64,000 nt of DNA, from the NCBI GenBank assembly GCA_965237415.1, contig CBDEFM010000002.1:1440001-1504000 (forward strand), written 5' to 3'. Origin of the DNA: Alphaproteobacteria bacterium (lineage in GTDB: Bacteria; Pseudomonadota; Alphaproteobacteria; UBA828). A program made the position numbers and the translations under genes. Below are positions 1 through 10,663 of this stretch, piece after piece. The notes below the pieces were generated by a model, which did not search any database, was not told the origin of the DNA, and was given only the letters and a program-made list of their open reading frames with translations. Positions within the stretch are counted from its first letter, which is position 1. Each line of letters begins with the position of its first letter.

Positions 1-750
1 CACCATTTCCAGCGTCTGTTCCGGCGCTGGGCAGGCATCTCGCCCAAGCGCTTCGGCCAGTATCTCACGCTGGACTACGCCAAGGCTCAACTGGAAGACT
101 CCGCCTCGATCCTCGATGCCGCCTATGACGCGGGCCTCTCGGGCCCCTCACGGCTGCACGATCTCTTCGTCACCTACGAAGCGATGAGCCCCGGCGCCTT
201 CAAGCGACGCGGCGAGGGCGTGGAAATCGCTTATGGACTGCATCCGAGCCCCTTCGGCCCCTGCTTTGTCGGGCAGACGGAGCGCGGCATCTGCGCCCTG
301 GGTTTCGCCGATGGTGGCGAAGGCAATGGCGAAGCAGTCCGTGCCGAGTTCGAGCGTCGCTGGCCCGCCGCGCACTTCCGCGAGGATCAGAACGCCACGG
401 CGGCCGTCGCAGCGCGCATTTTCGGCGAGCGCCCAGCAGACAGCACGCCACTCCGCCTGGCTGTCGCCGGCACCAACTTCCAACTCAAGGTCTGGGAGGC
501 ACTGCTGCGCATTCCCCCCGGCCGCATCACCTCCTACTACGCGCTCGGCCAGGCGCTGGGGCTGCCGCGTTCGGCCCGCGCGGTGGGCGGCGCCGTTGCC
601 GCCAACCCGGTCTCCTATCTGATCCCTTGCCACCGGGTGATCCGGCACACGGGCCGCATCTCGCACTATGAGTGGGGCCGCTCCCGCAAGCGTGTCATGC
701 TGGGCTGGGAGGCGGCGCACTTCGGGCCGGCCGCGAGCGACGGCGCATAA
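1..750 (+). CDS. ada: Ada-like bifunctional AraC-HTH / methylated-DNA-[protein]-cysteine S-methyltransferase (5'-partial)
   Basis: Frame 1 is open from base 1 (HHFQRLFRRWAGISPKRF, AraC-type HTH) into the 184..750 ORF, which has GTNFQLKVWEAL, RAVGGAVAANP and the active-site IPCHRV. Confidence 0.85.
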   Translation, partial: HHFQRLFRRWAGISPKRFGQYLTLDYAKAQLEDSASILDAAYDAGLSGPSRLHDLFVTYEAMSPGAFKRRGEGVEIAYGLHPSPFGPCFVGQTERGICALGFADGGEGNGEAVRAEFERRWPAAHFREDQNATAAVAARIFGERPADSTPLRLAVAGTNFQLKVWEALLRIPPGRITSYYALGQALGLPRSARAVGGAVAANPVSYLIPCHRVIRHTGRISHYEWGRSRKRVMLGWEAAHFGPAASDGA

Positions 751-761
751 GTCGAGCGCCT

Positions 762-3224
762 TCAGGCCTGTTTCGCCTGGGCCTCACGGATGAGGGCGCG
801 GAGTCGGCTCGGCGGTAGCGGCAGGCTGTCGATGGTGACGCCCAGGGGCTTGAGCGCGTCCTCGATGGCGCCGGCGATCGCCGGCGGGGCGCCCATGCGC
901 CCGCCCTCGCCGCCGCCCTTCACTCCGTACTCGGTGAAGGGGGACGGCGTCTCGACGTGGCCGACGACGATATCGACCGGCGTCTCCTTGATGGTCGGGA
1001 TCAGATAGTCGGTCCAGAGCGCGGTCGTGAGCTGGCCGGCCTCGTCGTAGCTGAACTCTTCGAAGAGCGCGGTGCCGATACCGTTCACCGTGCCGCCCCG
1101 GATGTGCCCCTCTAGCGTCATGGGATTGACCATCGTGCCGCAGTCGTGGACGGCGGCGTAGTGGAGAAACTGCACCTGGCCGGTCTCGATATCGACCTCG
1201 ATCACCGGGATGTGACAGCTATGGCCCATGATCGGATAGAAGATCCCCATGTGCCGCTCGTCGGGGTCCGGGAGCGTCGTCACCGGATGGTCGTAGACGT
1301 AGGTCGCGTCGAGCCCGCTGGTGAGGTCGAGGTCCTCGGGCATGCTGAGCCGGTAGTAGTGCGCCTTGTCGGCGAGCTCGGCGATGCTCATCTTCATGCC
1401 GGGCACGCCCTTGACGTGCACCGCGCCGTCCTCCAGCGCGAGATCGCGGACGTCGGCTTCCATGAGATGCGCGGCGAAGCGGAACAGCTTCTCGCGGATC
1501 TTGCCGGCGGCGCCGACGATGGCGCCGGTCACCATGACCGTGAAGCGGCTGCCGCCCGGCCCGGTCGAGTTGAGGCCCTGGTCGGTGTCCGAATAGGTGA
1601 TCTCGATGTCCGCAGGGTCGATGGTGAGCTGCTCGGCGAGCACCTGGGCCGCCACCGTCTCGGGGCTGTTGCCCCAGAATGGCGAATGCAGCGTGACGAA
1701 GGCCTTGCCGGTGGGGTCGATCTTGACCGAGACCGCGTCGGGCGAGCTAGTCCACTCGACGCCCGGTTCCAGATTCCACATCCAGAACTCGGTGGCGCTG
1801 AAGACGCTCCGCTCCTGGCAGGTGGCGACGCCGATGCCGATGTAGCGGCCCTCAGCCCGCGCCTCGGCCTGCTTTGCCCGCCAGCCGTCCACGTCGGCGA
1901 GCTTCAGCGTCTCGTCGAGCACCGCCTGATAGTTGCCGCTGTCGTACATGTTCCCGGTCGGGATCAGATAGGGGAACTGGTCGGGCTGGATGAAGTTCTG
2001 CCGCCGGAGCACGATCCGGTCGACACCGAGCTCGTCGGCAGCCGCGTCCACCAGCCGTTCGATGACGAAGTTCGCGACCTCGGAGCCGAAGCCGCGATAG
2101 GCGCCCTGCTGGCACTTGTTGGTCAGCACGGCGGCCAGATCGATCTCCACGCTGTTGATGCGGTAGGGACCCACGCATTGCGAGAGCGCGTTGCCGTGCT
2201 GGCCGACGCCGAACTGCAGATAGGCGCCATAGTCGTCGATGATCCGGGTCTTCAGGCTGAGCAGCGTGCCGTCCCGCTTGAGCGCGAGCTTGGCGTAGTA
2301 GACGCGGTCCGACGCGTGATTGTCGCAGCTCGTGGTGTTGTCGATCCGGTCTTCCATGAACTTGACCGGCCGCCCCGCCGCGCGCGCCAGCACCGCGGCC
2401 AGCACCGGGACCTTGTGGACGAACATCTTGCTGCCGAAGCTGCCGCCCGCCAGCGTCGGCACGATGTTGAGCTTGTGGGCCGGCACGCGGAGCGTGCTTG
2501 CGATCATCCAGCCGCAGTAGTTGTACATCGACGTATTGCACTGGATGGTGAAGCGGCCCGCGCCGTCATCGAAGCTCGCCACGGCGCCAACCGTCTCCAG
2601 CGGCTGGCCGCCCGAGCGCGGCCAGCGGAAGCGGCGCTCGATTACCAGATCGGCGGCCGCGAAATCCTCCTCCACCGGCCCGAAGGTGAGCTTGCGCTCA
2701 AGCGCGATATTGGTGTCGCCACGCGCGGGGTGCAGGACGGCATCGCCCGCAGACGTCAGCGCCTCTTCGGGGTCGACGACCGGGGGCAACGGTTCGTATT
2801 CGACCTCGATCAGATCGCACGCGTCCTCGGCGATGTAGCGATCCTCCGCCGCCACCGCCGCCACCGCCTCGCCGACATGGCGCACCCGGTCATGGGCGAT
2901 CACCGACTGGAGCACCGGCGGGCTCGCCCAGGTGGGAAGCGGGTCGCAGACTTTCGCGGCATCGGCGCCGGTCATCACGCAGAGAACGCCAGGGAGCGCT
3001 TGAGCCTTGCTCACGTCGATGGAGACGATCCTGGCATGGGCATGGGGGCTCCGCAGCACCGCCGCGTGCGCCATCTCGGGCACGTTGACATCGTCGGCAT
3101 AAATGCCCTTGCCGACGAGGAGGCGCGGGTCCTCCACCCGCTTCATGCTCTTGCCGATCCATTGCAGGTCGCCGCGCGGTTTCTCCCGCTGCCGGCTCTC
3201 GGGGATATGGCCGCGCTCGCTCAT
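762..3224 (-). CDS. Xanthine dehydrogenase family molybdopterin-binding large subunit (paralogue 1, AYRGFG loop), 820 aa
   Basis: Start MSERGHIPES at 3224 overlaps the upstream stop (ATGA); motifs RVEDPRLL, RSPHAHARI, GGSFGSK, AYRGFG, KGGGEGG. Confidence 0.92.
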   Translation of the reverse strand: MSERGHIPESRQREKPRGDLQWIGKSMKRVEDPRLLVGKGIYADDVNVPEMAHAAVLRSPHAHARIVSIDVSKAQALPGVLCVMTGADAAKVCDPLPTWASPPVLQSVIAHDRVRHVGEAVAAVAAEDRYIAEDACDLIEVEYEPLPPVVDPEEALTSAGDAVLHPARGDTNIALERKLTFGPVEEDFAAADLVIERRFRWPRSGGQPLETVGAVASFDDGAGRFTIQCNTSMYNYCGWMIASTLRVPAHKLNIVPTLAGGSFGSKMFVHKVPVLAAVLARAAGRPVKFMEDRIDNTTSCDNHASDRVYYAKLALKRDGTLLSLKTRIIDDYGAYLQFGVGQHGNALSQCVGPYRINSVEIDLAAVLTNKCQQGAYRGFGSEVANFVIERLVDAAADELGVDRIVLRRQNFIQPDQFPYLIPTGNMYDSGNYQAVLDETLKLADVDGWRAKQAEARAEGRYIGIGVATCQERSVFSATEFWMWNLEPGVEWTSSPDAVSVKIDPTGKAFVTLHSPFWGNSPETVAAQVLAEQLTIDPADIEITYSDTDQGLNSTGPGGSRFTVMVTGAIVGAAGKIREKLFRFAAHLMEADVRDLALEDGAVHVKGVPGMKMSIAELADKAHYYRLSMPEDLDLTSGLDATYVYDHPVTTLPDPDERHMGIFYPIMGHSCHIPVIEVDIETGQVQFLHYAAVHDCGTMVNPMTLEGHIRGGTVNGIGTALFEEFSYDEAGQLTTALWTDYLIPTIKETPVDIVVGHVETPSPFTEYGVKGGGEGGRMGAPPAIAGAIEDALKPLGVTIDSLPLPPSRLRALIREAQAKQA

Positions 3225-3703
3225 GGGCCGTCCTCCCGCATCAGGCGTGCCGCGTGCTGGATCGACTCCACGATGGTCTGATAGCCGGTGCAGCGACAGA
3301 GATTGCCGGAGATGGTGTCGCGGATATCGTCGACGGAGGGGTCGGGGTTCCGCTTCAGGAGCTCGACCGCGGTCATCAGCATCCCCGGCGTGCAGAAGCC
3401 GCACTGAAGGCCGTGCTTCTCCCAGAACGCCTGCTGCACCGGGTGCATCGCGTCGACCGTGCCGAGACCCTCGATGGTCCCGATCTCGGCGCCGTCCGCC
3501 ATTACTGCGAAGGTGAGGCAGGAGCGGGCGGTGACGCCGTCCATCATCACCGTGCAAGAGCCGCAGACGCCGTGCTCGCAGCCGACATGGGTGCCGGTGA
3601 GGCGCAGGTCGTCGCGCAGGAAGTCGCTGAGCAACCGGCGCGGCTCGACCGTGCGCTCGTAGGCCCTGCCGTTGACGGTGACGCCGATCGTCTCGCGCTC
3701 CAT
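3221..3703 (-). CDS. (2Fe-2S) small subunit of Mo-hydroxylase (CoxS-like)
   Basis: [28 protein letters not shown]. Confidence 0.95.
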   Translation of the reverse strand: MERETIGVTVNGRAYERTVEPRRLLSDFLRDDLRLTGTHVGCEHGVCGSCTVMMDGVTARSCLTFAVMADGAEIGTIEGLGTVDAMHPVQQAFWEKHGLQCGFCTPGMLMTAVELLKRNPDPSVDDIRDTISGNLCRCTGYQTIVESIQHAARLMREDGP

Positions 3704-3715
3704 TGCCCTACCCTC

Positions 3716-4573
3716 TCAGGAACAGCGCTCGACGGCCCGGCGCAGCGTCCGCCGGGTGAGCGCGGCGATGGCTTCGCGCCGGTAGGCGGCATCGGCGTGG
3801 CTGTCGCTGTGGGGATCGACCGCGCCCGCGGCCGCGGCTGCCGCGCGATCGAGGCTTGCATCGTCGATGGGCCTGCCGATGAGCGCCTCCTCCGCCGGCA
3901 CAAGCCGCGCCGCGTGCTCGCCGACCCCGCTCGCCACCACGCGCGCCGCCCGGCAGTGGCCGTTGGCAAGCCGCAGCGTCGTCGCGATCACTGCGATGGC
4001 GAAGTCGCCGTGCCGGTTGCTGATCTCGGCGAAGGCCCAGCCGTGGGCGCCGCGGCCGGGAATGCGAGTCTCCACCAGCATCTCGTCCTGCTGGGCCGCG
4101 GTTTCGTAGGTGCCGAGGAAGAAGTCCTCCGCCGCGACCTCGCGGCTGCCGCGCAGGCTCCGCAGCACCAGCGTGGCGCCCACGGCGATCATCACCGCCG
4201 GCGTCTCCGAGGAAGGGTCGGCGTGGCAAAGGTTGCCGCCGAGGGTGCCGCGGTTGCGCACCGTGTGGTGCGCGATGGATTCATAAGCTTCCGTCAGCAG
4301 CGGGCAGCGCGCCCCGACCAGCGGCGAATGCTTGACGTCGTTGTGCCGGGCAAGGGCGCCGATGGCGATGCCGTCGCCATCCTCCCCGATGTAGCCCAGG
4401 TCGGGAACGCGGTTGATGTCGATCAGGCAGGCGGGCTTGACGAGCCTGAGGTTCATCATGGCAATCAGGCTCTGGCCGCCCGCAAGGATCCGGGCATCGG
4501 GGTTGTCGGCTAGCGCTTGTAGTGCGTCGTCGACGCTCGCAGCGCGCAGGTAGCGGAAGCGCGGCGGCTTCAT
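3716..4573 (-). CDS. FAD-binding medium subunit of Mo-hydroxylase (CoxM-like)
   Basis: MKPPRFRY, AGGQSL, RNRGTLGGNLCHADP. Confidence 0.93.
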   Translation of the reverse strand: MKPPRFRYLRAASVDDALQALADNPDARILAGGQSLIAMMNLRLVKPACLIDINRVPDLGYIGEDGDGIAIGALARHNDVKHSPLVGARCPLLTEAYESIAHHTVRNRGTLGGNLCHADPSSETPAVMIAVGATLVLRSLRGSREVAAEDFFLGTYETAAQQDEMLVETRIPGRGAHGWAFAEISNRHGDFAIAVIATTLRLANGHCRAARVVASGVGEHAARLVPAEEALIGRPIDDASLDRAAAAAAGAVDPHSDSHADAAYRREAIAALTRRTLRRAVERCS

Positions 4574-5370
4574 CGAGCGAGCGCCGCGCGGACAGCGCGC
4601 TTCGCCATCACGCCGACGAGGTGCGCGCGGTAGTCCTTGTCGGCGTGCAGGTCCTCATTGAGCCCTTCGCTATCCACCGCAATGCCAGAGACCGCCTCTT
4701 CGGTGAAGTTGGCCGCGAGCGCCGCCTCCATTTCCGGCACGCGGAAGACGTGGGACCTGGCGCCCGTGACGGCGAGGCGCACCCTGCCGCCTGCCAGCGA
4801 CACCATCACCGCGACCACGGCGAAGCGCGAAGCCTGGTTGCCGAACTTGGCCCAGCCCGCGCGCTCGGGGATCGGGAAGTCGACCGAGACCACGATCTCG
4901 CCGTCCACCAGCGCGGTCTCGTAAAGCCCGGTGAAGAAGTCGTCGGCGGCAATCGTCCGCCGGTCGGTGTTAACTGTGGCCCCCAGACCGAGCAGGCCAG
5001 CCGGGTAGTCGGCCGCCGGGTCGGCGAAGCAGATCGAGCCGCCGATGGTGCCGCGGTTGCGCACCTGCACGTCGCCGATGGAACCCGCGAGCGCCGCGAG
5101 CGCGGGGATCGCCCCCCTCACCTCGGGCGATTCTGCGACCGCCACGTGCCGGGTCATGGCGCCAATCCGAATATGCCCATCCTGCCGCTCGATCCCGGCC
5201 AGCGCGTCGATGCCGTTGAGATCCACCAGGTCATCACAGGGGGCAAGGCGGAAGCGCATCGTCGGGATCAGGCTCATGCCGCCGGCGAGCAGCCGGCCGT
5301 CCGCGCTCGCGGCGAGACGGGCCTTGGCGTCGTCGAGCGAGGCGGGCCGGTGGTAGGCGAAGGGATACAT
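4570..5370 (-). CDS. FAD-binding medium subunit of Mo-hydroxylase (form-II CoxM-like)
   Basis: Start re-called at MYPFAYHRP (5370); AGGMSLIP, VRNRGTIGGS, DPAADYPA. Confidence 0.9.
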   Translation of the reverse strand: MYPFAYHRPASLDDAKARLAASADGRLLAGGMSLIPTMRFRLAPCDDLVDLNGIDALAGIERQDGHIRIGAMTRHVAVAESPEVRGAIPALAALAGSIGDVQVRNRGTIGGSICFADPAADYPAGLLGLGATVNTDRRTIAADDFFTGLYETALVDGEIVVSVDFPIPERAGWAKFGNQASRFAVVAVMVSLAGGRVRLAVTGARSHVFRVPEMEAALAANFTEEAVSGIAVDSEGLNEDLHADKDYRAHLVGVMAKRAVRAALAR

Positions 5371-5381
5371 CGTGCGCCCCC

Positions 5382-5882
5382 TCAGCCGCTGGCTTCGCGC
5401 CCGCGCGCGTGGGCGCGCGACGCCTTGGCGCCGGCGGCGATGGATTCGACGATGTTGTGATAGCCCGTGCAGCGGCAGAGATTGCCTTCGAGCTCGCTGC
5501 GGATCGTCGCTTCGTCGGGCGCCTCGTGGCGGTTTGCGATGTCGATCCCCATCATCACGATGCCGGGGGTGCAGAAGCCGCACTGCAGGCCGTGATGCTC
5601 CTTGAACGCGGCCTGCATCGGGTGCAGCCCGTCCGGCCCGGCGATGCCCTCGATGGTGGTGACCTCGGCGCCCTCCAGTTGCACCGCCAGCAGCGCGCAG
5701 GACTTCACCGGCTTGCCGTCGAGGTGGACGGTGCAGGCCCCGCACTGGCTGGTGTCGCAGCCGACATGGGTGCCGGTGAGCCTGAGCTCCTCGCGCAGGA
5801 AGTGGACCAGGAGCGTGCGCGGATCGACCGCCGCCGCGACCTCCCGGCCGTTCACGGTGAAGGTGACCGACGCCTTGTCCAT
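5382..5882 (-). CDS. (2Fe-2S) small subunit of Mo-hydroxylase (CoxS-like)
   Basis: [28 protein letters not shown]. Confidence 0.95.
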   Translation of the reverse strand: MDKASVTFTVNGREVAAAVDPRTLLVHFLREELRLTGTHVGCDTSQCGACTVHLDGKPVKSCALLAVQLEGAEVTTIEGIAGPDGLHPMQAAFKEHHGLQCGFCTPGIVMMGIDIANRHEAPDEATIRSELEGNLCRCTGYHNIVESIAAGAKASRAHARGREASG

Positions 5883-5910
5883 CGCTTCTCCCTCGCGACC
5901 GATCGCGGCG

Positions 5911-8280
5911 CTAGTGCTGCGCCCGCCTCGCGTCCTCGATGGCGCGCCAGATCTTCTTGGGCGTCATCGGCTGCGTGATCTGGCGCACGCCGAGATGCCA
6001 GAGCGCATCGATCACCCCGTTGCAGATGCAGGCGGGCGCGCCGATGGTGCCGCTCTCGCCCGCACCCTTGGCACCCAGCGGATTGCCGAGCGCCCTGGTG
6101 AAGTGCGAATCGAGGCCGAAGGAGGGCACGTCCTCGGCGTGGGGCACGGCGTAATCCATGAACGTGCCCGAGAGGTACTGGCCGGTCTCGGAATCGTAGG
6201 CGCATTCCTCCATCAGCGCCTGGCCGATGCCCTGGACCAGACCGCCGTGAACCTGCCCCTCAAGCACCATGGGATTGATGACCGTGCCGACATCGTCCAC
6301 CGCCCAGTAGTTGCGGAGCGTCACGGCGCAGGTCTCGGGATCGACGAGCACGACGCAGAGATGAACCGCCGAGGGATAGGTGCAATCGGCGGGGTCGAAG
6401 AACGAGGTCTCCTCCAGGCCGATCTCCAGGTCCGACGGCCGGTCGCCGGAATGGTAGGCGGCGTTGGCCACCTCCGAGAACGCGAGCCTCCTGTCCGTGC
6501 CCTTGACCGTGAACTCGCCGTCGGCGAGGTCGAGGTCTTCGGGCGCGCACTCCATCATGTGCGCCGCGAGCCGCTTGGCCTTCGCCACCACCCGGTCGGC
6601 GGCGGTGTAGACCGCCATGCCGGCGGTGGAAAGCGAGCGCGAGCCCCAGGTGCCGATGCCCATGGGCACCCGGTCGGTATCGCCCTCGACCACGTCGATG
6701 TGGTCGATGTCGCAGCCGAGGCGATCGGCGGCGATCTGGCTCCAGGTGGTTTCGTGGCCCTGCCCGTGGCTGTGGCTGCCGGCGAACACGGTGATGCGCC
6801 CGTCCGGATGGACGCGCACGCTGGCGACGTCGTAGCAGCCGACCTTGGCGCCGAGGTCGTTCATCATCTTCACCGGGCCGGCGCCGGCCATGTCGAAGAA
6901 GGCCGAGATGCCGATGCCCATCCACTGCCCTTCTGCCCTGAGCGCCGCCTGCTCCGCGCGGAGCGCATCGTAGTCGCAAAGCGCCTTGATCTTCGCCATG
7001 AGCGCGGGCGGATCGCCGGAATCGTAGGTGATGCCGAGGGCGGTCTGGTAGGGGAACTTCTCGGGGGGGATCAGGTTGCGGGCGCGGAGCTCCAACGGGT
7101 CGATGCCCATCTCCTGCGCGCCGTTCTCGATCATGCGCTCCACCTGATAGACCGCCTCGGGCCGGCCGGCGCCGCGATACGCGTCCACCGGCGTCGCGTT
7201 GGTGTAGACGGCGCGCACGGTGGTGTGGATCGCCGGGATGTCGTAGGCGAGCGAGAGCATGGTGAAGTGGTAGGCGTTGGTAATGCTCGCCTGCCACTGG
7301 CTCTCGTAGGCGCCGAAGGCGGCCAGGGTCTCGAACTTCACGCCGAGGATCTTGCCGCTCTCATCGAATCCCATGCGGCCGACCGTGTGGTGGTCCCTGG
7401 CGTGGGTGTCGCCCAGCAGGCATTCGGAGCGCGTGCCCACCCAGCGCACCGGCCGGTCGCAGACGATGGCGCCCCAGAGCACCAGCGCCTCCTCGGGATA
7501 GTGGTAGAGCTTCATGCCGAAGCCGCCGCCGACGTCCGGTGCGATGACCCTGAGCTTGTGCTCGGGGATGTGCAGCGACTTGGTGAAGTAGCGGCGCACG
7601 ATGTGCGGCGCCTGGTTGGTGGTCCACACCGTGTAGCGGTCGTTGACCCGGTCGTAGTGGCCCAGATAGCAGCGGGGCTCCATCGAGGCGGCGGTGATGC
7701 GGTTGGAGGGCACCGCGACCTCGGTCACGTGATGGGCCTTCGCCAGCGCGGCCTCGGTCTCCTCCTTGAGCCCATGCTCGGTGACCAGCACCTCGTTGGT
7801 GCCGAAGCCGGGATGCACGAGCGGGGTCTCGGGGTCGAGCGCGCTCGCGGTGAGGATGTTGGCCGGCTTCTCCTCATACGTGACCTCGACCGCCTCGGCG
7901 GCATCGAGGGCCTGATGACGGTCCTCGGCGACGACCATGGCGACGATCTCACCGACGCAGCGGACCACGCCGTCGACGCAGATGAGCGGCCGGTAGGCGG
8001 TACGGGCGTCCGCGCCGCTCCTGTCCTTGACCGGCCAGACGCCCTCGGCCTCACCATGGCCGGCTTGGGTCCAGTCCTTGCCGGTGAGCACCGAGAGCAC
8101 CCCCGGCATGGATGCGGCCCGCGACGTATCGACGCGCGTCACCGCAGCATGGGCATGGGGATTGCGGACGAAGGCGGCATGGGCAATCGGCTGGTCGAGG
8201 GTCACATCCTCGACGAAGCGGCCGCGCCCCCGGAGGAAGCGCTCGTCCTCCCGGCGCAGAATCGCCTGACCGACGTACAT
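5911..8280 (-). CDS. Xanthine dehydrogenase family large subunit, form-II CoxL-like
   Basis: [16 protein letters not shown] (form II, not the form-I AYRCSFR of true CO dehydrogenase), HGQGHET, KGAGESG. Confidence 0.92.
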   Translation of the reverse strand: MYVGQAILRREDERFLRGRGRFVEDVTLDQPIAHAAFVRNPHAHAAVTRVDTSRAASMPGVLSVLTGKDWTQAGHGEAEGVWPVKDRSGADARTAYRPLICVDGVVRCVGEIVAMVVAEDRHQALDAAEAVEVTYEEKPANILTASALDPETPLVHPGFGTNEVLVTEHGLKEETEAALAKAHHVTEVAVPSNRITAASMEPRCYLGHYDRVNDRYTVWTTNQAPHIVRRYFTKSLHIPEHKLRVIAPDVGGGFGMKLYHYPEEALVLWGAIVCDRPVRWVGTRSECLLGDTHARDHHTVGRMGFDESGKILGVKFETLAAFGAYESQWQASITNAYHFTMLSLAYDIPAIHTTVRAVYTNATPVDAYRGAGRPEAVYQVERMIENGAQEMGIDPLELRARNLIPPEKFPYQTALGITYDSGDPPALMAKIKALCDYDALRAEQAALRAEGQWMGIGISAFFDMAGAGPVKMMNDLGAKVGCYDVASVRVHPDGRITVFAGSHSHGQGHETTWSQIAADRLGCDIDHIDVVEGDTDRVPMGIGTWGSRSLSTAGMAVYTAADRVVAKAKRLAAHMMECAPEDLDLADGEFTVKGTDRRLAFSEVANAAYHSGDRPSDLEIGLEETSFFDPADCTYPSAVHLCVVLVDPETCAVTLRNYWAVDDVGTVINPMVLEGQVHGGLVQGIGQALMEECAYDSETGQYLSGTFMDYAVPHAEDVPSFGLDSHFTRALGNPLGAKGAGESGTIGAPACICNGVIDALWHLGVRQITQPMTPKKIWRAIEDARRAQH

Positions 8281-8319
8281 GGACCCCCTCCCTGCGCGCG
8301 TGCCGCTCTTGCCGGCGGC
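8235..8319. repeat. 5' end plus upstream region of the 5911..8280 gene, duplicated at 10463..10546
   Basis: atcgcctgaccgacgtacatgg(a)ccccctccc..gcgcgcgt.ccgctctt.ccggcggc occurs at both sites. Confidence 0.9.
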
Positions 8320-8608
8320 CGCCCCGCGCTTGCGCCTTGCTCTCTATCGAATACCTTATCAGGATCAGTCGCTCTCGCACCACTGAGCAAGAGCACCGAA
8401 GCCGCAGAATGAGCAGCAGGGTTTCCGAGCCAGCGTTCCGGATCGTTATGACCGTCCTCGACGAAATCACCAATGACCACGCCAACAACCAGAAGGCTGC
8501 TTTAGCATCCCCCGCTCTAACCAGTCACTGGGGTCGCGGTGTCCCACGATCTCGACCTACCACACCCACTTTTTCATGCAGCTCCAACGAAAGCACTCGT
8601 GCATTCTT

Positions 8609-9397
8609 CTATTTATCCTTGTTGGTCCCAGCTTCCTTGCTCAAGATAAACACTTTGTAAGGCTCAATCTCCGCATAAGCCTTGGACAACCCAACCCACC
8701 CCTTATTGTGAAACAGGCTGCTGAGAGTGCAAAATGCCTCCCTCAAACGAAGTAGTTTCTCGCCCACAACCTCATGTTCTAAACCCGCCGCCAGTTTACT
8801 TTGGATTACTTGGAGAGCCGGATCATTCAAGACTTCATTGGAATCCAGATCAAGCTTCGTCTGTGCAGCACCAGCTCCAACAATCGGCAACTGAGTTCCG
8901 ACATATCTTTTTGGCTGCCACCAATGGTTCTTCCCTGAAAATTCTATTATCGCAAAAGGAACATCAACATTTCCTTCTGTTGGAACACCAACATTCTCTT
9001 TTGCAATTACCTTGCCCCAATCGCTAAAGTCGCCGGCTTCATTAATCTCCAAGTAATTCTTTTGCCACTCGGCCCAAATTGACTCAGGCTCATATGCATA
9101 TCTGACCTTTTCGAGCGAAGGTGCCGATTCCTCCTTTCCGAACAGAGCCTTATTGACCCGAGCCCACCCCTCCCCGAACGTCAACGATCGCGCGGAATAA
9201 TATTCATCTTTCTCGAAGCCTCCAGAAATCGCTTCAATAGCATAGGGCCCCACACAAACGTCCTGTATCAGTCCCATATTAGTTAACGAAAGGTCAACTG
9301 CCTGTTCATCCGCTACTGAAATTGCTGGTATCACCAGTACAAGGCCCATTGCCGCCCTAGCATAAATCTTGCGGAGTTCTGTTCCCAAAGCACTCAC
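8609..9397 (-). CDS. Low-GC hypothetical protein with probable signal peptide
   Basis: Long ORF in AT-rich DNA; GTG at 9397 follows GGAG and sits just after the upstream stop; N-terminus ..RKIYARAAMGLVLVIPAISVA-DEQ. Confidence 0.65.
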   Translation of the reverse strand: MSALGTELRKIYARAAMGLVLVIPAISVADEQAVDLSLTNMGLIQDVCVGPYAIEAISGGFEKDEYYSARSLTFGEGWARVNKALFGKEESAPSLEKVRYAYEPESIWAEWQKNYLEINEAGDFSDWGKVIAKENVGVPTEGNVDVPFAIIEFSGKNHWWQPKRYVGTQLPIVGAGAAQTKLDLDSNEVLNDPALQVIQSKLAAGLEHEVVGEKLLRLREAFCTLSSLFHNKGWVGLSKAYAEIEPYKVFILSKEAGTNKDK

Positions 9398-9401
9398 GGC
9401 T

Positions 9402-9803
9402 TTACTCCCGAAGCAGCTCAGAGACAAGACCTGCCACCAAATAGGTAAATGCAGGCAACATAGCTCCATATACAAAGTGCCGAACTAATGATCCCGTTCG
9501 GATTCCAAAAGCCACAATCGCCGCAAAAATTGAGGAATAAACCACAATAGCAATCAATAGATACAGCCCTAATAGATTTAGATCGATGAAGCCAATATCA
9601 ACATGCCCTTGGGCAGAGCCGACTATCACAATTGCAAAATGCAATACTAGGCATCCCCAAAGTGCCACAAGGAACCGAGAAAGAATGTTGTGGGTACTAC
9701 CGTCACCACGAAGAAACTCGACTAGAAGGCTGATCATGCTTGACGCTGTCACGTCTTGCTTCCTTGCCTCACACTTGTTATCGGTTCCCCGGACACGCCA
9801 CAC
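9402..9803 (-). CDS. Low-GC hypothetical membrane protein (about 3-4 hydrophobic segments)
   Basis: Hydrophobic stretches FLVALWGCLVLHFAIVIVG, LLGLYLLIAIVVYSSIFAAIVAFG, FVYGAMLPAFTYLVAGLV; start uncertain. Confidence 0.6.
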   Translation of the reverse strand: MWRVRGTDNKCEARKQDVTASSMISLLVEFLRGDGSTHNILSRFLVALWGCLVLHFAIVIVGSAQGHVDIGFIDLNLLGLYLLIAIVVYSSIFAAIVAFGIRTGSLVRHFVYGAMLPAFTYLVAGLVSELLRE

Positions 9804-10172
9804 GGGCTTACCACCTCTCCACAGCCTCCTGTGGTCGCATACATTTTCAACGTCAGTGCAAAATGCTCAGAAATATACAACGCAAATTCTAGGCTAATAC
9901 CATAAAGTTGAGAACAGTCAAAAAACAATCCCTCTGAGATTTATCCAGTCCAATTAAAGTCCTCCACACCTATTGCGAGACAATATAGCAAGACCGCCAG
10001 GAAATTCAAGCACTCGTTGTGCGTAGGACAGCTTCAAGACGAGAAGAAATAGAACTCCGCATTCCTCTGCGCCGCGTGTAACACTTGTCGCACGGATTCT
10101 GACATTTTCGCGCGGCGCTGGTAAGCGCGCGAACTGTGGGGTGCGCACCACGGTGTCGAACGGCGCCGGTAC

Positions 10173-10474
10173 TCACCCCCCGTTCGCCTCCGCCTCGCGG
10201 ATCATGCCGCGCAGCACCTTGGGCGTGAGCGGGAGCGAGTCCACCTTGACGCCCAAGGGCTTGAGCGCGTCCTCGACCGCCGCGGCGATCGCCGGCGGCG
10301 CGCCCATGCGCCCGCCTTCGCCGCCGCCCTTGATGCCGTACTCGGTGAAGGGCGACGGCGTCTCCACATGGCCCACGCGGATGTGGACCGGGGTCTCCAT
10401 CAGGGTCGGGTGCAGATAATCGCTCAGCAGCACGTTCTGTAGCTGGCCGTTCTCGTCATAGTGGAAGTGCTCGT
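10173..10474. repeat. Diverged 302-bp direct copy of 11326..11627 (3' end of large-subunit paralogue 3)
   Basis: Colinear, same-length match with scattered, mostly synonymous substitutions. Confidence 0.92.
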
Positions 10475-10508
10475 CCGCCCAGCGCAGGATCGCCTGACCG
10501 ACGTACAT
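10173..10508 (-). pseudogene. Chimeric in-frame mini Mo-hydroxylase large subunit (111 aa): N-terminus of the 5911..8280 gene fused to the C-terminus of the 11326..13797 gene
   Basis: [13 protein letters not shown] (cf. [13 protein letters not shown]) joined to EHFHYDENGQLQNV...GMIREAEANGG (cf. ...GMIREAEQNGG). Confidence 0.88.
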
Positions 10509-10663
10509 GGCCCCCTCCCCGCGCGCGTACCGCTCTTCCCGGCGGCTGACCGACACTTGTGTGTCGTTTCTCCGTTCAACAATATCAGCGCCGGACGTCA
10601 TAGCAACATGGTTGCCTGCTACTGCCCGCGCGGCGGCCAACTGCAACAGTGTGAGGATTGGAA

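Noticed and set aside
5911-8280. True aerobic CO dehydrogenase (coxL form I)
   Set aside because: The active-site loop is AYRGAGR, not AYRCSFR, and no coxDEFG accessory genes are present.
5602-8412. Long antisense ORFs (e.g. 5602-8412, 13797-16619, 1146-3281, 38003-40048, 57751-59820)
   Set aside because: These are shadow frames of well-supported genes in high-GC DNA and have no recognisable motifs.
8505-8608. Integron attC site near CTCTAAC/GTTAGAG beside the low-GC cassette
   Set aside because: There is no matching RYYYAAC..GTTRRRY pair with a palindromic core, and no integron integrase in the window.
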